Source of the DNA: Candidatus Peregrinibacteria bacterium
GTDB lineage: Bacteria > Patescibacteriota > Gracilibacteria > UBA1369
Length of the DNA: 34,597 nucleotides
Assembly: GCA_014729615.1 (NCBI GenBank)
Contig: WJJQ01000039.1
Span: forward strand, 1 to 34,597
Direction of reading: 5' to 3'
Part shown: piece by piece, positions 9,370 through 16,614 of the stretch
Position numbering within the stretch: the first letter of the stretch is position 1
Layout: each line of letters starts with the position of its first letter
The notes under the pieces: generated by a model
Databases searched by the model: none
The model's input: only the letters and a program-made list of their open reading frames with translations
What the model was told of the DNA's origin: nothing
Translations under genes and position numbers: made by a program

Positions 9370-10650
9370 TTAAGCTTTGCTTGACAGCGTTTCTAATGCT
9401 GTTTCAATCTTTGTCCGTGTATTTTTTAAAAGCCGCAAAGTGGGAAAATTTTTCAGTACATCAACGAGCCCATCCTTTGAAAAACGGGCTAAAGCATTCG
9501 GTATTCTGTTGATATTTGCATATATTTTTTCCAATTCCAGCAATATTTCATATTCTACAATCTCCTCATTCGTCGCGGGTTTAACTTTAAGCTTTTCACC
9601 GACTTCTATGGAACGACCCGCTCGTTTTGAAAGTATTTCTCCCAAATGGCCTTGTACAGCAGCCAAATAAAGTGTCTTTTTTGCTCCATTACATATTAGT
9701 TTTTTACTGCCATTTGCGGCAACAATGGCACCTTTCTCACCGGTGAAAGCGTCAGTTTTTTTGGCTATGGCCAGCAACTTGTCATTTTTATCGCTTATTG
9801 CAAGGCGGGATCCTTGCGAAAATAATTCCTGGTCAAGCTCTAGTCTTATATTTTGATAATTGGGTTCTATATCTGTAATAGTTCCTTCAGGGATTTTCAA
9901 TGCCGGGATTTCATTTGGGTCAAATTCATCTCCGAAGCTTTTTATAGTTATAAAAGGATTATACGTTTTTGCATTAATTATTGCGGACGCAGCCGGCGCG
10001 AATCGTCTTAAACCATCAAAAACATCGGCCTTTTCATTTTCTACAAAACCAAGTTCCTTCAATTTTTCGATGTCAATTTCCACAGCGTGTTCAATATGTC
10101 CGCGATTATGAAATTCGCCGACTCTTACATAACTTCGTGCCGGGCCAATAATAACGGTTCCGTCACTATATTGAACATAGCATCTTTTATCTGCCACATT
10201 TTGGCCTTTTTCGTCATTTTGGCCCACGTGGGGGTCAACAGTTATAACAAATACTGAACCGGCGGGGAAATTTACATGATCGCCCAAACACGCGGCAAGA
10301 TGATGAGCGGCCGATATTTCATTATAAGGTTTGACACTGTTAATTTCCGATAATGAAATTTTATCCTGTGGGCCTTCAGAAGAATCAATATAGCCGGGAG
10401 AATGTCTTAAGACGGCATTTCTTTGTTGAATATTGGCAAGATCATCCAGGTCGCTTATTAACACAACCGGTACACGGACTCTACCGTTATCATCCGAATC
10501 TGTTCTGTTTTTCGCCAAGTGTTGTTTTAATACATCAAAGCCGTATTTAGGATTTTCAATTGGTGCGTTTAAACTCAAGTTCCATGCGTTTTGATCGAAT
10601 TTTTCCAGTGCTTCAGATGGTGATTGAATGTGATTAAGTGAATTTGACAT
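9370..10650 (-). CDS. Divergent SAM hydroxide adenosyltransferase (DUF62 / SAM_HAT)-like protein with N- and C-terminal extensions
   Basis: 426-aa ORF. Its blocks are colinear with the family signatures: VVLISDLDD (vs TDFG), VFVITVDPHVGQ (vs IDPGVG), VIIGPARSY (vs VxPDNG), DVFDGLRRFAPAAS (vs FHGRDIFAP), GTITDIEPNYQNIRLEL (vs IDxFGNxxxN) and LYLAAVQGHLGEILSKRAGRSIEVGEKLKV (vs LEIAVNxGSAAxxL). Several canonical catalytic residues are substituted. Confidence 0.45.
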   Translation of the reverse strand: MSNSLNHIQSPSEALEKFDQNAWNLSLNAPIENPKYGFDVLKQHLAKNRTDSDDNGRVRVPVVLISDLDDLANIQQRNAVLRHSPGYIDSSEGPQDKISLSEINSVKPYNEISAAHHLAACLGDHVNFPAGSVFVITVDPHVGQNDEKGQNVADKRCYVQYSDGTVIIGPARSYVRVGEFHNRGHIEHAVEIDIEKLKELGFVENEKADVFDGLRRFAPAASAIINAKTYNPFITIKSFGDEFDPNEIPALKIPEGTITDIEPNYQNIRLELDQELFSQGSRLAISDKNDKLLAIAKKTDAFTGEKGAIVAANGSKKLICNGAKKTLYLAAVQGHLGEILSKRAGRSIEVGEKLKVKPATNEEIVEYEILLELEKIYANINRIPNALARFSKDGLVDVLKNFPTLRLLKNTRTKIETALETLSSKA

Positions 10651-10674
10651 AGTATTTTTGTTAAAAAAGTATAT

Positions 10675-10699
10675 AAAAAAACTCCGCTTTTATGCGAAG
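10675..10699 (-). terminator. Candidate attenuator terminator: 6-bp stem plus U7
   Basis: Minus-strand RNA: CUUCGC (10699..10694), loop AUAAAA, GCGGAG (10687..10682), then UUUUUUU (10681..10675). It lies 24 nt before the ATG at 10650. Confidence 0.5.
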
Positions 10700-10746
10700 G
10701 TGGTAAAATTTATCTATATTTGCATTAACCTAACCTTCGCATAAAA
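10688..10746 (-). promoter_or_regulatory. Perfect 14-bp hairpin (candidate antiterminator) competing with the terminator
   Basis: UUUUAUGCGAAGGU (10746..10733) pairs with ACCUUCGCAUAAAA (10701..10688), with a 31-nt loop. The 3' arm contains the 5' arm of the terminator stem. The 5' arm lies inside the leader ORF. Confidence 0.5.
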
Positions 10747-10814
10747 AACATCATGGGCATCATCATGTCCATCATGTTTTTTGCGGCGATTTGTAAGGCC
10801 AATGTTATTTTCAT
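10725..10814 (-). CDS. Candidate Met-rich leader peptide MKITLALQIAAKNMMDMMMPMMFFMRRLG (or a 16-aa version from ATG 10775)
   Basis: Hand translation of the minus strand. ATG 10814 and ATG 10775 are in frame and the stop TAA is at 10727..10725. There are 8 ATG codons within 12 consecutive codons. The ORF is too short for the ORF track. Confidence 0.45.
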   Translation of the reverse strand: MKITLALQIAAKNMMDMMMPMMFFMRRLG

Positions 10815-10824
10815 ATGCACCCGC

Positions 10825-10852
10825 ATTATATTTTTTAGGTAGACATTGTCAA
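10825..10852 (-). promoter_or_regulatory. Consensus sigma70-type promoter (TTGACA-16-TATAAT) driving the leader and the 9370..10650 gene
   Basis: Minus strand: TTGACA (10852..10847), 16-nt spacer, TATAAT (10830..10825). The first ATG of the leader ORF begins 11 nt after the -10 hexamer. Confidence 0.65.
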
Positions 10853-10900
10853 GATTTTCGATAATTGAAAAAAACCGGGAATTAATATAGTATTGGCATC

Positions 10901-12784
10901 ATGATTAAGCGAATATTTAGCATAAACACAATCTATTTCTTAATACTGTTTACTCCGTTGATAGTTAATCCTTTCGGGATGAAGCCATTTTCCATTTCCA
11001 AGTTTGCTTTTTTTATAGTTTTGACTTCAATTGTCGCGCTTATTTTTTTTCTTAAGGAAAAAAATATAAAGTATAACAAATGGATAATGATTATTCTTGG
11101 ATCATGGATGTTGTCACTGATTTTATCCACAATTTTTTCCGTAAGTCCCATTGAAAGCTTTTTTGGTTTATATGAAAGGCAACAGGGTTTGCTTGCGTAT
11201 TTGTTTTACAGTCTTTTCTTTATTGTTTCGCTTCAAATATTGGCTAATAAAAAAGTTCAAAAAACCGCTTTCAAAATAATAATTTCAATTGGCGTTATTT
11301 TATCGATTCACGCGATTTTACAGCAATTTGACCTTGATCCAATAGGATTGGGAAATTTGGATCAGTCAAGTGGCCGTAGTATCGCACTTTTGGGTCAAGC
11401 CAATGTACTTGGGAAATGGTTAATTTTACCGCTAATTGCAAATATTTATTATTTCTTTTCATCTTCATCGAAATTAAAAATATTATTCGCCATCACTTCT
11501 TTGTTAACGTTAGCCGGACTTTATACAACTTTAAACAGAGCGACCTTTATGGCTCTTGCACTGGTTTTTGTGTTGGCTATTATTTATAAATATGCGAAAA
11601 AAATTAACTGGAAAATTATCATCCCGATAGTATTGGTGGCCATTCTGGCGGGATCGGCAATTTTGTTTACCGGAAACCTTAGATCTATTAGCACCAGGTC
11701 TATTTTGTGGGAAAAATCCGTTCAATTGGTTCAGGAAAACCCTTTGCTAGGAAGCGGGCCGGAAACCTTTTATCATACTTATCAAACGGTACTTGATCCG
11801 GACATATACAATTATGAGACCATGTTTAATATACCCGACAGGGTACACAGTCAGCCTTTGCAAATTTTATTGGATCAGGGGGTTTTTGGTTTTGCATTTT
11901 ATGCAATTTTAATCGGATTTTTAATTTATGTTTTTATAACGAAAAAGGCTAATACCGATGAATCAAAGATTGCTTTATTTTCTCTTATAGCAATTCATGT
12001 TAGTTTGCTCTTTAGCTTTTCTTTAACTTCTCAATGGATTTTAACATTTTTGCTTGTTGCGGTATTAACTCTTAATACATGCGAATTCAAAAGATTTCAG
12101 CTGGATAAATTAAATAGGTTTTTCACCATTTTTCTTTCAGCCATTACGCTATTATTTGCAATTTTCTATGCTTCATCATTAATACAGTCTAATATTCTGT
12201 TGAGTAAAGGTATAGATTATTTCTTTCAGGATTATCAAAAGGCAATAGTTACGTTTGATGAGGCGGTTGAAAGTGCTCCATATTTCCGCCTGCCTTATTA
12301 CACATCTATTCATTTTTTATCTTTGCCTGAAAAATTGCGTGAATTTCCAAGTTCGGCCGTAATTTTGGACAGGCAATTAAACGCTTTGGGGCAAATTATT
12401 AATTACAGTTACCATTACGACCTTTCGTCCGCAAAGGTTGAACTAGCAAAGAACAACTACGAGCAGGCAAAAATTCACTTTGAAAACGCCGTAAAAAAGG
12501 CTCCAAATTTTCCTGTGGTTTATTCAGATTATGGAAATGCTGCTTTTAATTATAAGGATTATGATATGGCTATAAAAAGTTATGAAAAAATGTTGGAACT
12601 TGCACCGGACTATTGGGTAAATGAAAACGAATATGAGGGGCCCGCAATAAGAGATTACAGCGAAAAAAACCGAATATTCAGAAAAACCCATTATTTGTTT
12701 TATGACGCGATGACTAATCTGGTAAACAGTTATCTTGAAACGGGACAAATGGAAAAAGCGCGGGTTTTAAAAAATATGTTTTAA
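10901..12784 (+). CDS. O-antigen ligase/polymerase (Wzy_C)-like polytopic membrane protein with C-terminal TPR repeats
   Basis: 627 aa with about 11 TM helices. LNRATFMALALVFVL and GSGPETF blocks are typical of the O-antigen ligase family. The C-terminal part (YEQAKIHFENAVKKAPNFPVVYSDYGNAAFNYKDYDMAIKSYEKMLELAPDY) is TPR-like. Confidence 0.8.
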   Translation: MIKRIFSINTIYFLILFTPLIVNPFGMKPFSISKFAFFIVLTSIVALIFFLKEKNIKYNKWIMIILGSWMLSLILSTIFSVSPIESFFGLYERQQGLLAYLFYSLFFIVSLQILANKKVQKTAFKIIISIGVILSIHAILQQFDLDPIGLGNLDQSSGRSIALLGQANVLGKWLILPLIANIYYFFSSSSKLKILFAITSLLTLAGLYTTLNRATFMALALVFVLAIIYKYAKKINWKIIIPIVLVAILAGSAILFTGNLRSISTRSILWEKSVQLVQENPLLGSGPETFYHTYQTVLDPDIYNYETMFNIPDRVHSQPLQILLDQGVFGFAFYAILIGFLIYVFITKKANTDESKIALFSLIAIHVSLLFSFSLTSQWILTFLLVAVLTLNTCEFKRFQLDKLNRFFTIFLSAITLLFAIFYASSLIQSNILLSKGIDYFFQDYQKAIVTFDEAVESAPYFRLPYYTSIHFLSLPEKLREFPSSAVILDRQLNALGQIINYSYHYDLSSAKVELAKNNYEQAKIHFENAVKKAPNFPVVYSDYGNAAFNYKDYDMAIKSYEKMLELAPDYWVNENEYEGPAIRDYSEKNRIFRKTHYLFYDAMTNLVNSYLETGQMEKARVLKNMF

Positions 12785-12813
12785 AAAAGGGGGCCGCATA
12801 AGCGGCCCCCTTT
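12785..12813. terminator. Bidirectional intrinsic terminator between convergent genes
   Basis: AAAAAA-GGGGGCCGC-ATAA-GCGGCCCCC-TTT. It is a 9-bp GC stem (12789..12797 / 12802..12810) flanked by an A-run and a T-run. Confidence 0.85.
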
Positions 12814-12833
12814 CAAATACCCTTAATCCCTTT

Positions 12834-14933
12834 TTATTGTTGAGACAGATAATTGTAAACCATTTGTGACGCTTCACCTCTTGAAGCTGAGTCTCCGGGT
12901 CTACAATTTGCGGAATTAATAATTCCGTTTTCTTTGGCCACTTGAAAATATGGTGCAAACCATGCTCTTTCAAATTCATTCACATAAGGACAAGTTGATT
13001 CCTGAACATCAATTTCATCACCTTCATTATAAAGTCCGCTTGCAAGTACAGTCATTTTAACAAGTGCAGCTCTTGTAACATTATTGTTTGGTCTGAAATC
13101 ACCTGTTGCGTATCCTTCAACCGCGTTTACAGCAGCTAAAGACTCAATGAAGTCATATGACCATCTTGAAACGGGAACATCTGGGAATGTAGGTCCATTA
13201 GTTGTATCAATGGCAATATTAAATCCATTAACAAGAATTTTAGAGGCCTGTTCCCGAGTAACTGTGTCGTTTGGGCCAAAATAACCTGTAAGGTTTCCGT
13301 TGGAATATCTGTAACCTTCAATTACACCCAAAGCACTCAAATATTCAACAGCATCAAAGAATCCATTAGTAACCGGAACATCAATGAATGTAGCCTTAAC
13401 AGCCGGTTCACCGATTTGAGGCGTATTCATAATATCAGCATGTAATTCTCTACACATTTCAACAATCCAATAATCAGATTTGCTTACCTCCGGTGTAAAT
13501 GTGCCTTCATCATAATGATCTTTATAAACCTGACAAGCGTTTGCCGATGGTTCGAATGACCAAATTGAATTGTGGAATTGATAACAAGCGGCAGCATTAT
13601 CAAGATTTCCGTTTGCTGTTACTGTGCCTTCTGATTCCTGAACCGCCATTCTTTGACAAAGCGCTTCATCTACAGTTGGAAGGTTCATTAAGTCTGCATG
13701 GTATTCGCGGCATAATTCTACTCTCCAATGGTCGTTTTGACTTACCGCAGGAGTAAAAGTTCCTTCATTATAATGAGATTGATATGTCTTACATTCCTGG
13801 AATGTTGGAACAGTATTCCAAATTTCACGATAATCTTTTTCACATTGAGCCGCTTCCTCTTGGTTTCCATTACTTGTAATGACACCCTGCGCTCTTTGTA
13901 TTGCCATTCTTTCGCATAAATATTCATTTACAATCATTTCCGGAGTACCTGTCATCTCTTTATTCCACACTTCTGGGAAGGTGAATTCGCAAATGCCTGC
14001 AGCATATTGATATCCATTTGCCGTTAAAGTGCTCTGATCGTAGTATGTTCTTGTCTGTTCACAAACAGATTCAGATGGCCAAAAACTATTTGGATAGATT
14101 GTATTACATTGTTTAGTTTTGGTTAAGTCGCCATTTAGAGTAGCAGTCAAAACATCCTGTTTAAGCCAACTTTGCATTGTTTGACATTCGTTCCAGGAAA
14201 TTTCCGTACCCCATTCGATTGGATAATTATATGAACAAGCACCGGCGTAAATGTCATAACCGTTAGCGGTTAATGTGCCTTGATCTCTATATTGTGCTGC
14301 TTGGATACATATATTTCTATCAACGGTGATAATCTTACCCAAAGTTGCATAAATCTCTGGGAATTCCTCTTCACAGTAGCGTATAACTTTTTCAACAGTA
14401 TAAGGAGAACTTTGCACACCTTGATTAACAAGTGAAATAGCAAAATTACAACCGTTCTCACTTAAGACAAAATTTGAACCCGGAGAATAAACCGCGTTGG
14501 GTCCTGTTTTATATTTAAAATATGTATATCCTGTCCATGCACTTATCGTTCCATCAGCATCAATAGCCCTGGCTCTTACTCTGAACTCATTATCACCCGA
14601 CAACGGTGGAGAATTAAAGAATTCCGATTCGGAAATAAATGAAATCGGATTGGCCCACTTTTGCTCAAGCGTACTGCACCAGTCGCAAGTAATTTCAAAT
14701 TCATATGAAGTCGCGCCATCAACGGGAGTGACTTCAATAGGAGCAGTTCTAGGATAATTGGTAAGTACCGCGTTATTACCCGGGTAATACAAATAGGGCG
14801 TAGATAAATTAGGATTTATATTACCTTGAAATACATCTGCATTTGGAGTTAGAAATGTTGCTGCAGCCACAACACCGACGGCAAGAACCGCCAAAAGGCC
14901 GTATAAAAGCCTGTTTTGCTTTTTGTTTTGCAT
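12834..14933 (-). CDS. Secreted/anchored surface protein: signal/TM segment, FN3-like domain, four Cys-rich repeats and three C-terminal SLH domains
   Basis: 699 aa. N-terminal hydrophobic LLYGLLAVLAVGVVAAATF; TSYEFEI...EFRVRARAIDADGTISAWT (FN3-like). The C-terminus has three F-x-D-V...W...I..L...G...GY....F.P...VTR..A blocks (aa ~515-699), the S-layer-homology pattern. Confidence 0.8.
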   Translation of the reverse strand: MQNKKQNRLLYGLLAVLAVGVVAAATFLTPNADVFQGNINPNLSTPYLYYPGNNAVLTNYPRTAPIEVTPVDGATSYEFEITCDWCSTLEQKWANPISFISESEFFNSPPLSGDNEFRVRARAIDADGTISAWTGYTYFKYKTGPNAVYSPGSNFVLSENGCNFAISLVNQGVQSSPYTVEKVIRYCEEEFPEIYATLGKIITVDRNICIQAAQYRDQGTLTANGYDIYAGACSYNYPIEWGTEISWNECQTMQSWLKQDVLTATLNGDLTKTKQCNTIYPNSFWPSESVCEQTRTYYDQSTLTANGYQYAAGICEFTFPEVWNKEMTGTPEMIVNEYLCERMAIQRAQGVITSNGNQEEAAQCEKDYREIWNTVPTFQECKTYQSHYNEGTFTPAVSQNDHWRVELCREYHADLMNLPTVDEALCQRMAVQESEGTVTANGNLDNAAACYQFHNSIWSFEPSANACQVYKDHYDEGTFTPEVSKSDYWIVEMCRELHADIMNTPQIGEPAVKATFIDVPVTNGFFDAVEYLSALGVIEGYRYSNGNLTGYFGPNDTVTREQASKILVNGFNIAIDTTNGPTFPDVPVSRWSYDFIESLAAVNAVEGYATGDFRPNNNVTRAALVKMTVLASGLYNEGDEIDVQESTCPYVNEFERAWFAPYFQVAKENGIINSANCRPGDSASRGEASQMVYNYLSQQ
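13425..14312 (-). repeat. In-frame Cys-rich protein repeats inside the SLH protein
   Basis: aa 339-417 (LCERMAIQRAQGVITSNGNQEEAAQCEKDYREIWNTVPTFQECKTYQSHYNEGTFTPAVSQNDHWRVELCREYHADLMN) and aa 425-503 (LCQRMAVQESEGTVTANGNLDNAAACYQFHNSIWSFEPSANACQVYKDHYDEGTFTPEVSKSDYWIVEMCRELHADIMN) are clear tandem copies. Two shorter degenerate copies of the C-x7-QGTLTANGY-x5-C-x6-W core start at aa 208 and aa 290. Confidence 0.65.
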
Positions 14934-14978
14934 TTTTGGGAGTTAAAAAATATGAAATAAAAAATTACAAATCATCAC

Positions 14979-15007
14979 ATTATAGCATTAAAATGAAATT
15001 TATTCAA
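14979..15007 (-). promoter_or_regulatory. Promoter of the SLH-protein gene (TTGAAT-17-TATAAT)
   Basis: Minus strand: TTGAAT (15007..15002), 17-nt spacer, TATAAT (14984..14979), about 45 nt upstream of ATG 14933. Confidence 0.6.
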
Positions 15008-15015
15008 TCATGCCT

Positions 15016-15044
15016 TTGACAAAAAGTATGAAAAAATATAGATT
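15016..15044 (+). promoter_or_regulatory. Candidate promoter of the 15073 gene (TTGACA-17-TAGATT)
   Basis: Plus strand: TTGACA (15016..15021), 17-nt spacer, TAGATT (15039..15044). Confidence 0.4.
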
Positions 15045-15072
15045 TTTTCCTTAACATTTAATCACCGAAAAA

Positions 15073-15579
15073 ATGGAAGCAATAAAAAATGCTGATCATG
15101 AGAAACTTTTAGCGGCAATTGAACTGGAAAGTGAGGAAACAATTCGGCAAGCTCATACAAGAAAAATGAACAGGGACCTCATAGAAAGCAGGTTTTACAC
15201 TTCTTTGCTCAGAATGGAGTTCGAAAATGTACTGGCAATATTTCTTCCAAACAAGACCGACATCGACGATTTCGACTTGCAAAATGCTTTATTAAGTCTG
15301 AGAGGCGTTTTTTACAGCTTCATACACCTTGTTAAATTCAATAAAGGCGAAATTACAGAAGAAAGCATGGGTAGTCATGCAAATGAAATGCAACAATTGG
15401 GTTGGATTATAGAAGTGGAACAGGGAGTATATGCAATTAGTACCGAAGCTGAAAACCTTGTAAAACTCTACTATGAAATCAAAGATGAAAATGATCTAAG
15501 CATAGATATTGAAACCAAATTAGAGGAAACAAAAGACAGAGTTTCAATCGTAATGGGTGAACCACTTGAAACAGCATAA
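15073..15579 (+). CDS. Hypothetical acidic cytoplasmic protein
   Basis: 168-aa ORF with no competing ORF on either strand and a plausible upstream promoter. I recognise no motif. Confidence 0.6.
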   Translation: MEAIKNADHEKLLAAIELESEETIRQAHTRKMNRDLIESRFYTSLLRMEFENVLAIFLPNKTDIDDFDLQNALLSLRGVFYSFIHLVKFNKGEITEESMGSHANEMQQLGWIIEVEQGVYAISTEAENLVKLYYEIKDENDLSIDIETKLEETKDRVSIVMGEPLETA

Positions 15580-15601
15580 TCCACAACAATAAACCATGCT
15601 A

Positions 15602-15811
15602 TTATTTAAAGCCGGGTATAGGTTTAACCTTGTAAACGAAGGGTTTTGACGTAAATTTGGCCGCCTCTTTACTTTCTGCGGGTCTTTTTTGTCCATCCAT
15701 GGAAATAATTTTTTTCATAAGGATGTTTGGTTGAGAAATTTTCCGTTTTGGCAGTGGCATTGGGTCGAACAAACGACTGTTGATATCCGGTGAAAAGATT
15801 CTGATTTGCAT
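15602..15811 (-). CDS. Small basic hypothetical ORF downstream of lexA (uncertain)
   Basis: 69-aa ORF, K/P-rich, with no TM segment and no recognisable motif. Support is ORF length and co-orientation with lexA only. Confidence 0.3.
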   Translation of the reverse strand: MQIRIFSPDINSRLFDPMPLPKRKISQPNILMKKIISMDGQKRPAESKEAAKFTSKPFVYKVKPIPGFK

Positions 15812-15896
15812 AATATATTAAGTTAATAATAAAAAAATTTTTTAGTTAAAATAAGCAATCGGCAAAGCGATTTTGAAACAGATAATCTTAGTTTAA

Positions 15897-16517
15897 TTAT
15901 CTATACTGTCGAATTAATCCGGTAACCACACCCTGCACGCAAAGTGAACCATCAGGATAAATATTGTCATAATTTGGATTTTCCGGTTTCAAATAAACAT
16001 TTCCGGTAGCATCCTTCATATATGTTTTTACCGTATTTTGATTATCGACAAGACCTACAACAACGTCTCCGACTCGCGGCTCAAGTGATCCGCAAACAAC
16101 CAAAACATCACCTTCATATATACCCACATCAATCATACTGTCCCCGGTAACCCGCAACAAATATGAATTTTTAAAATTATGCACTATATCGTCACCAACT
16201 TTCATCCAGCTTTCAATGTATTCCTCGGTGAGAATGGGACCGCCGGCAGGTACCATCCCAAGCAGAGGCAGCTTTTTTTCGCTACTCTCAAGCCTTTCCT
16301 TAACACTGGAAAGAAGCTTGATACCGCGAGGAGTATCATCTTTCATAATATACCCCTTTTCTTCAAGCGCTTTTATGTGTTTCAAAATACTATTATCCGA
16401 ACTTACCCCGAAAAATTCACGCATTTCACGTATTGTAGGAGAAGAGCCATGTTCTATTTGATAATCCTCTATAAATCTGAGGACGGCTTCCTGTTTTTCG
16501 GTAAGTATTTCAGACAT
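15897..16517 (-). CDS. lexA: LexA repressor (S24 self-cleaving)
   Basis: wHTH N-terminus (LTEKQEAVLRFIEDYQIEHGSSPTIREMREFFGVSSDNSILKHIKALEEKGYI); cleavage-site region LLGMVPAGGP; catalytic Ser in RVTGDSMIDVGI and Lys in NTVKTY. Confidence 0.92.
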   Translation of the reverse strand: MSEILTEKQEAVLRFIEDYQIEHGSSPTIREMREFFGVSSDNSILKHIKALEEKGYIMKDDTPRGIKLLSSVKERLESSEKKLPLLGMVPAGGPILTEEYIESWMKVGDDIVHNFKNSYLLRVTGDSMIDVGIYEGDVLVVCGSLEPRVGDVVVGLVDNQNTVKTYMKDATGNVYLKPENPNYDNIYPDGSLCVQGVVTGLIRQYR

Positions 16518-16528
16518 AATTTTATTTA

Positions 16529-16540
16529 GAAACTATGTTC
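16529..16540 (-). promoter_or_regulatory. Candidate LexA (SOS) box of the GAAC-N4-GTTC type, with one mismatch
   Basis: The minus strand reads GAACATAGTTTC immediately after the -10 hexamer of the lexA promoter, so it overlaps the expected transcription start. Confidence 0.45.
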
Positions 16541-16569
16541 ATTATAGGTGAGTGTACACTCACCGTCAA
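16541..16569 (-). promoter_or_regulatory. lexA promoter (TTGACG-17-TATAAT)
   Basis: Minus strand: TTGACG (16569..16564), 17-nt spacer, TATAAT (16546..16541), 24 nt upstream of ATG 16517. Confidence 0.7.
16547..16564. promoter_or_regulatory. Perfect 18-bp palindrome GGTGAGTGTACACTCACC filling the lexA promoter spacer (operator candidate)
   Basis: The reverse complement is identical. It spans exactly the -35/-10 spacer plus the last base of the -35 hexamer. Confidence 0.4.
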
Positions 16570-16614
16570 TACTTTTTTAAAAGATTTAAAAAAATGACTA
16601 AAATAAAAGGAAAA

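Noticed and set aside
10753-10842. Plus-strand 29-aa ORF MGIIMSIMFFAAICKANVIFICTRIIFFR, antisense to the Met-rich leader
   Set aside because: It is a by-product of CAT/ATG self-complementarity. I found no plus-strand promoter upstream of it. The consensus promoter, the alternative hairpins with a U-tract, and the downstream gene are all on the minus strand.
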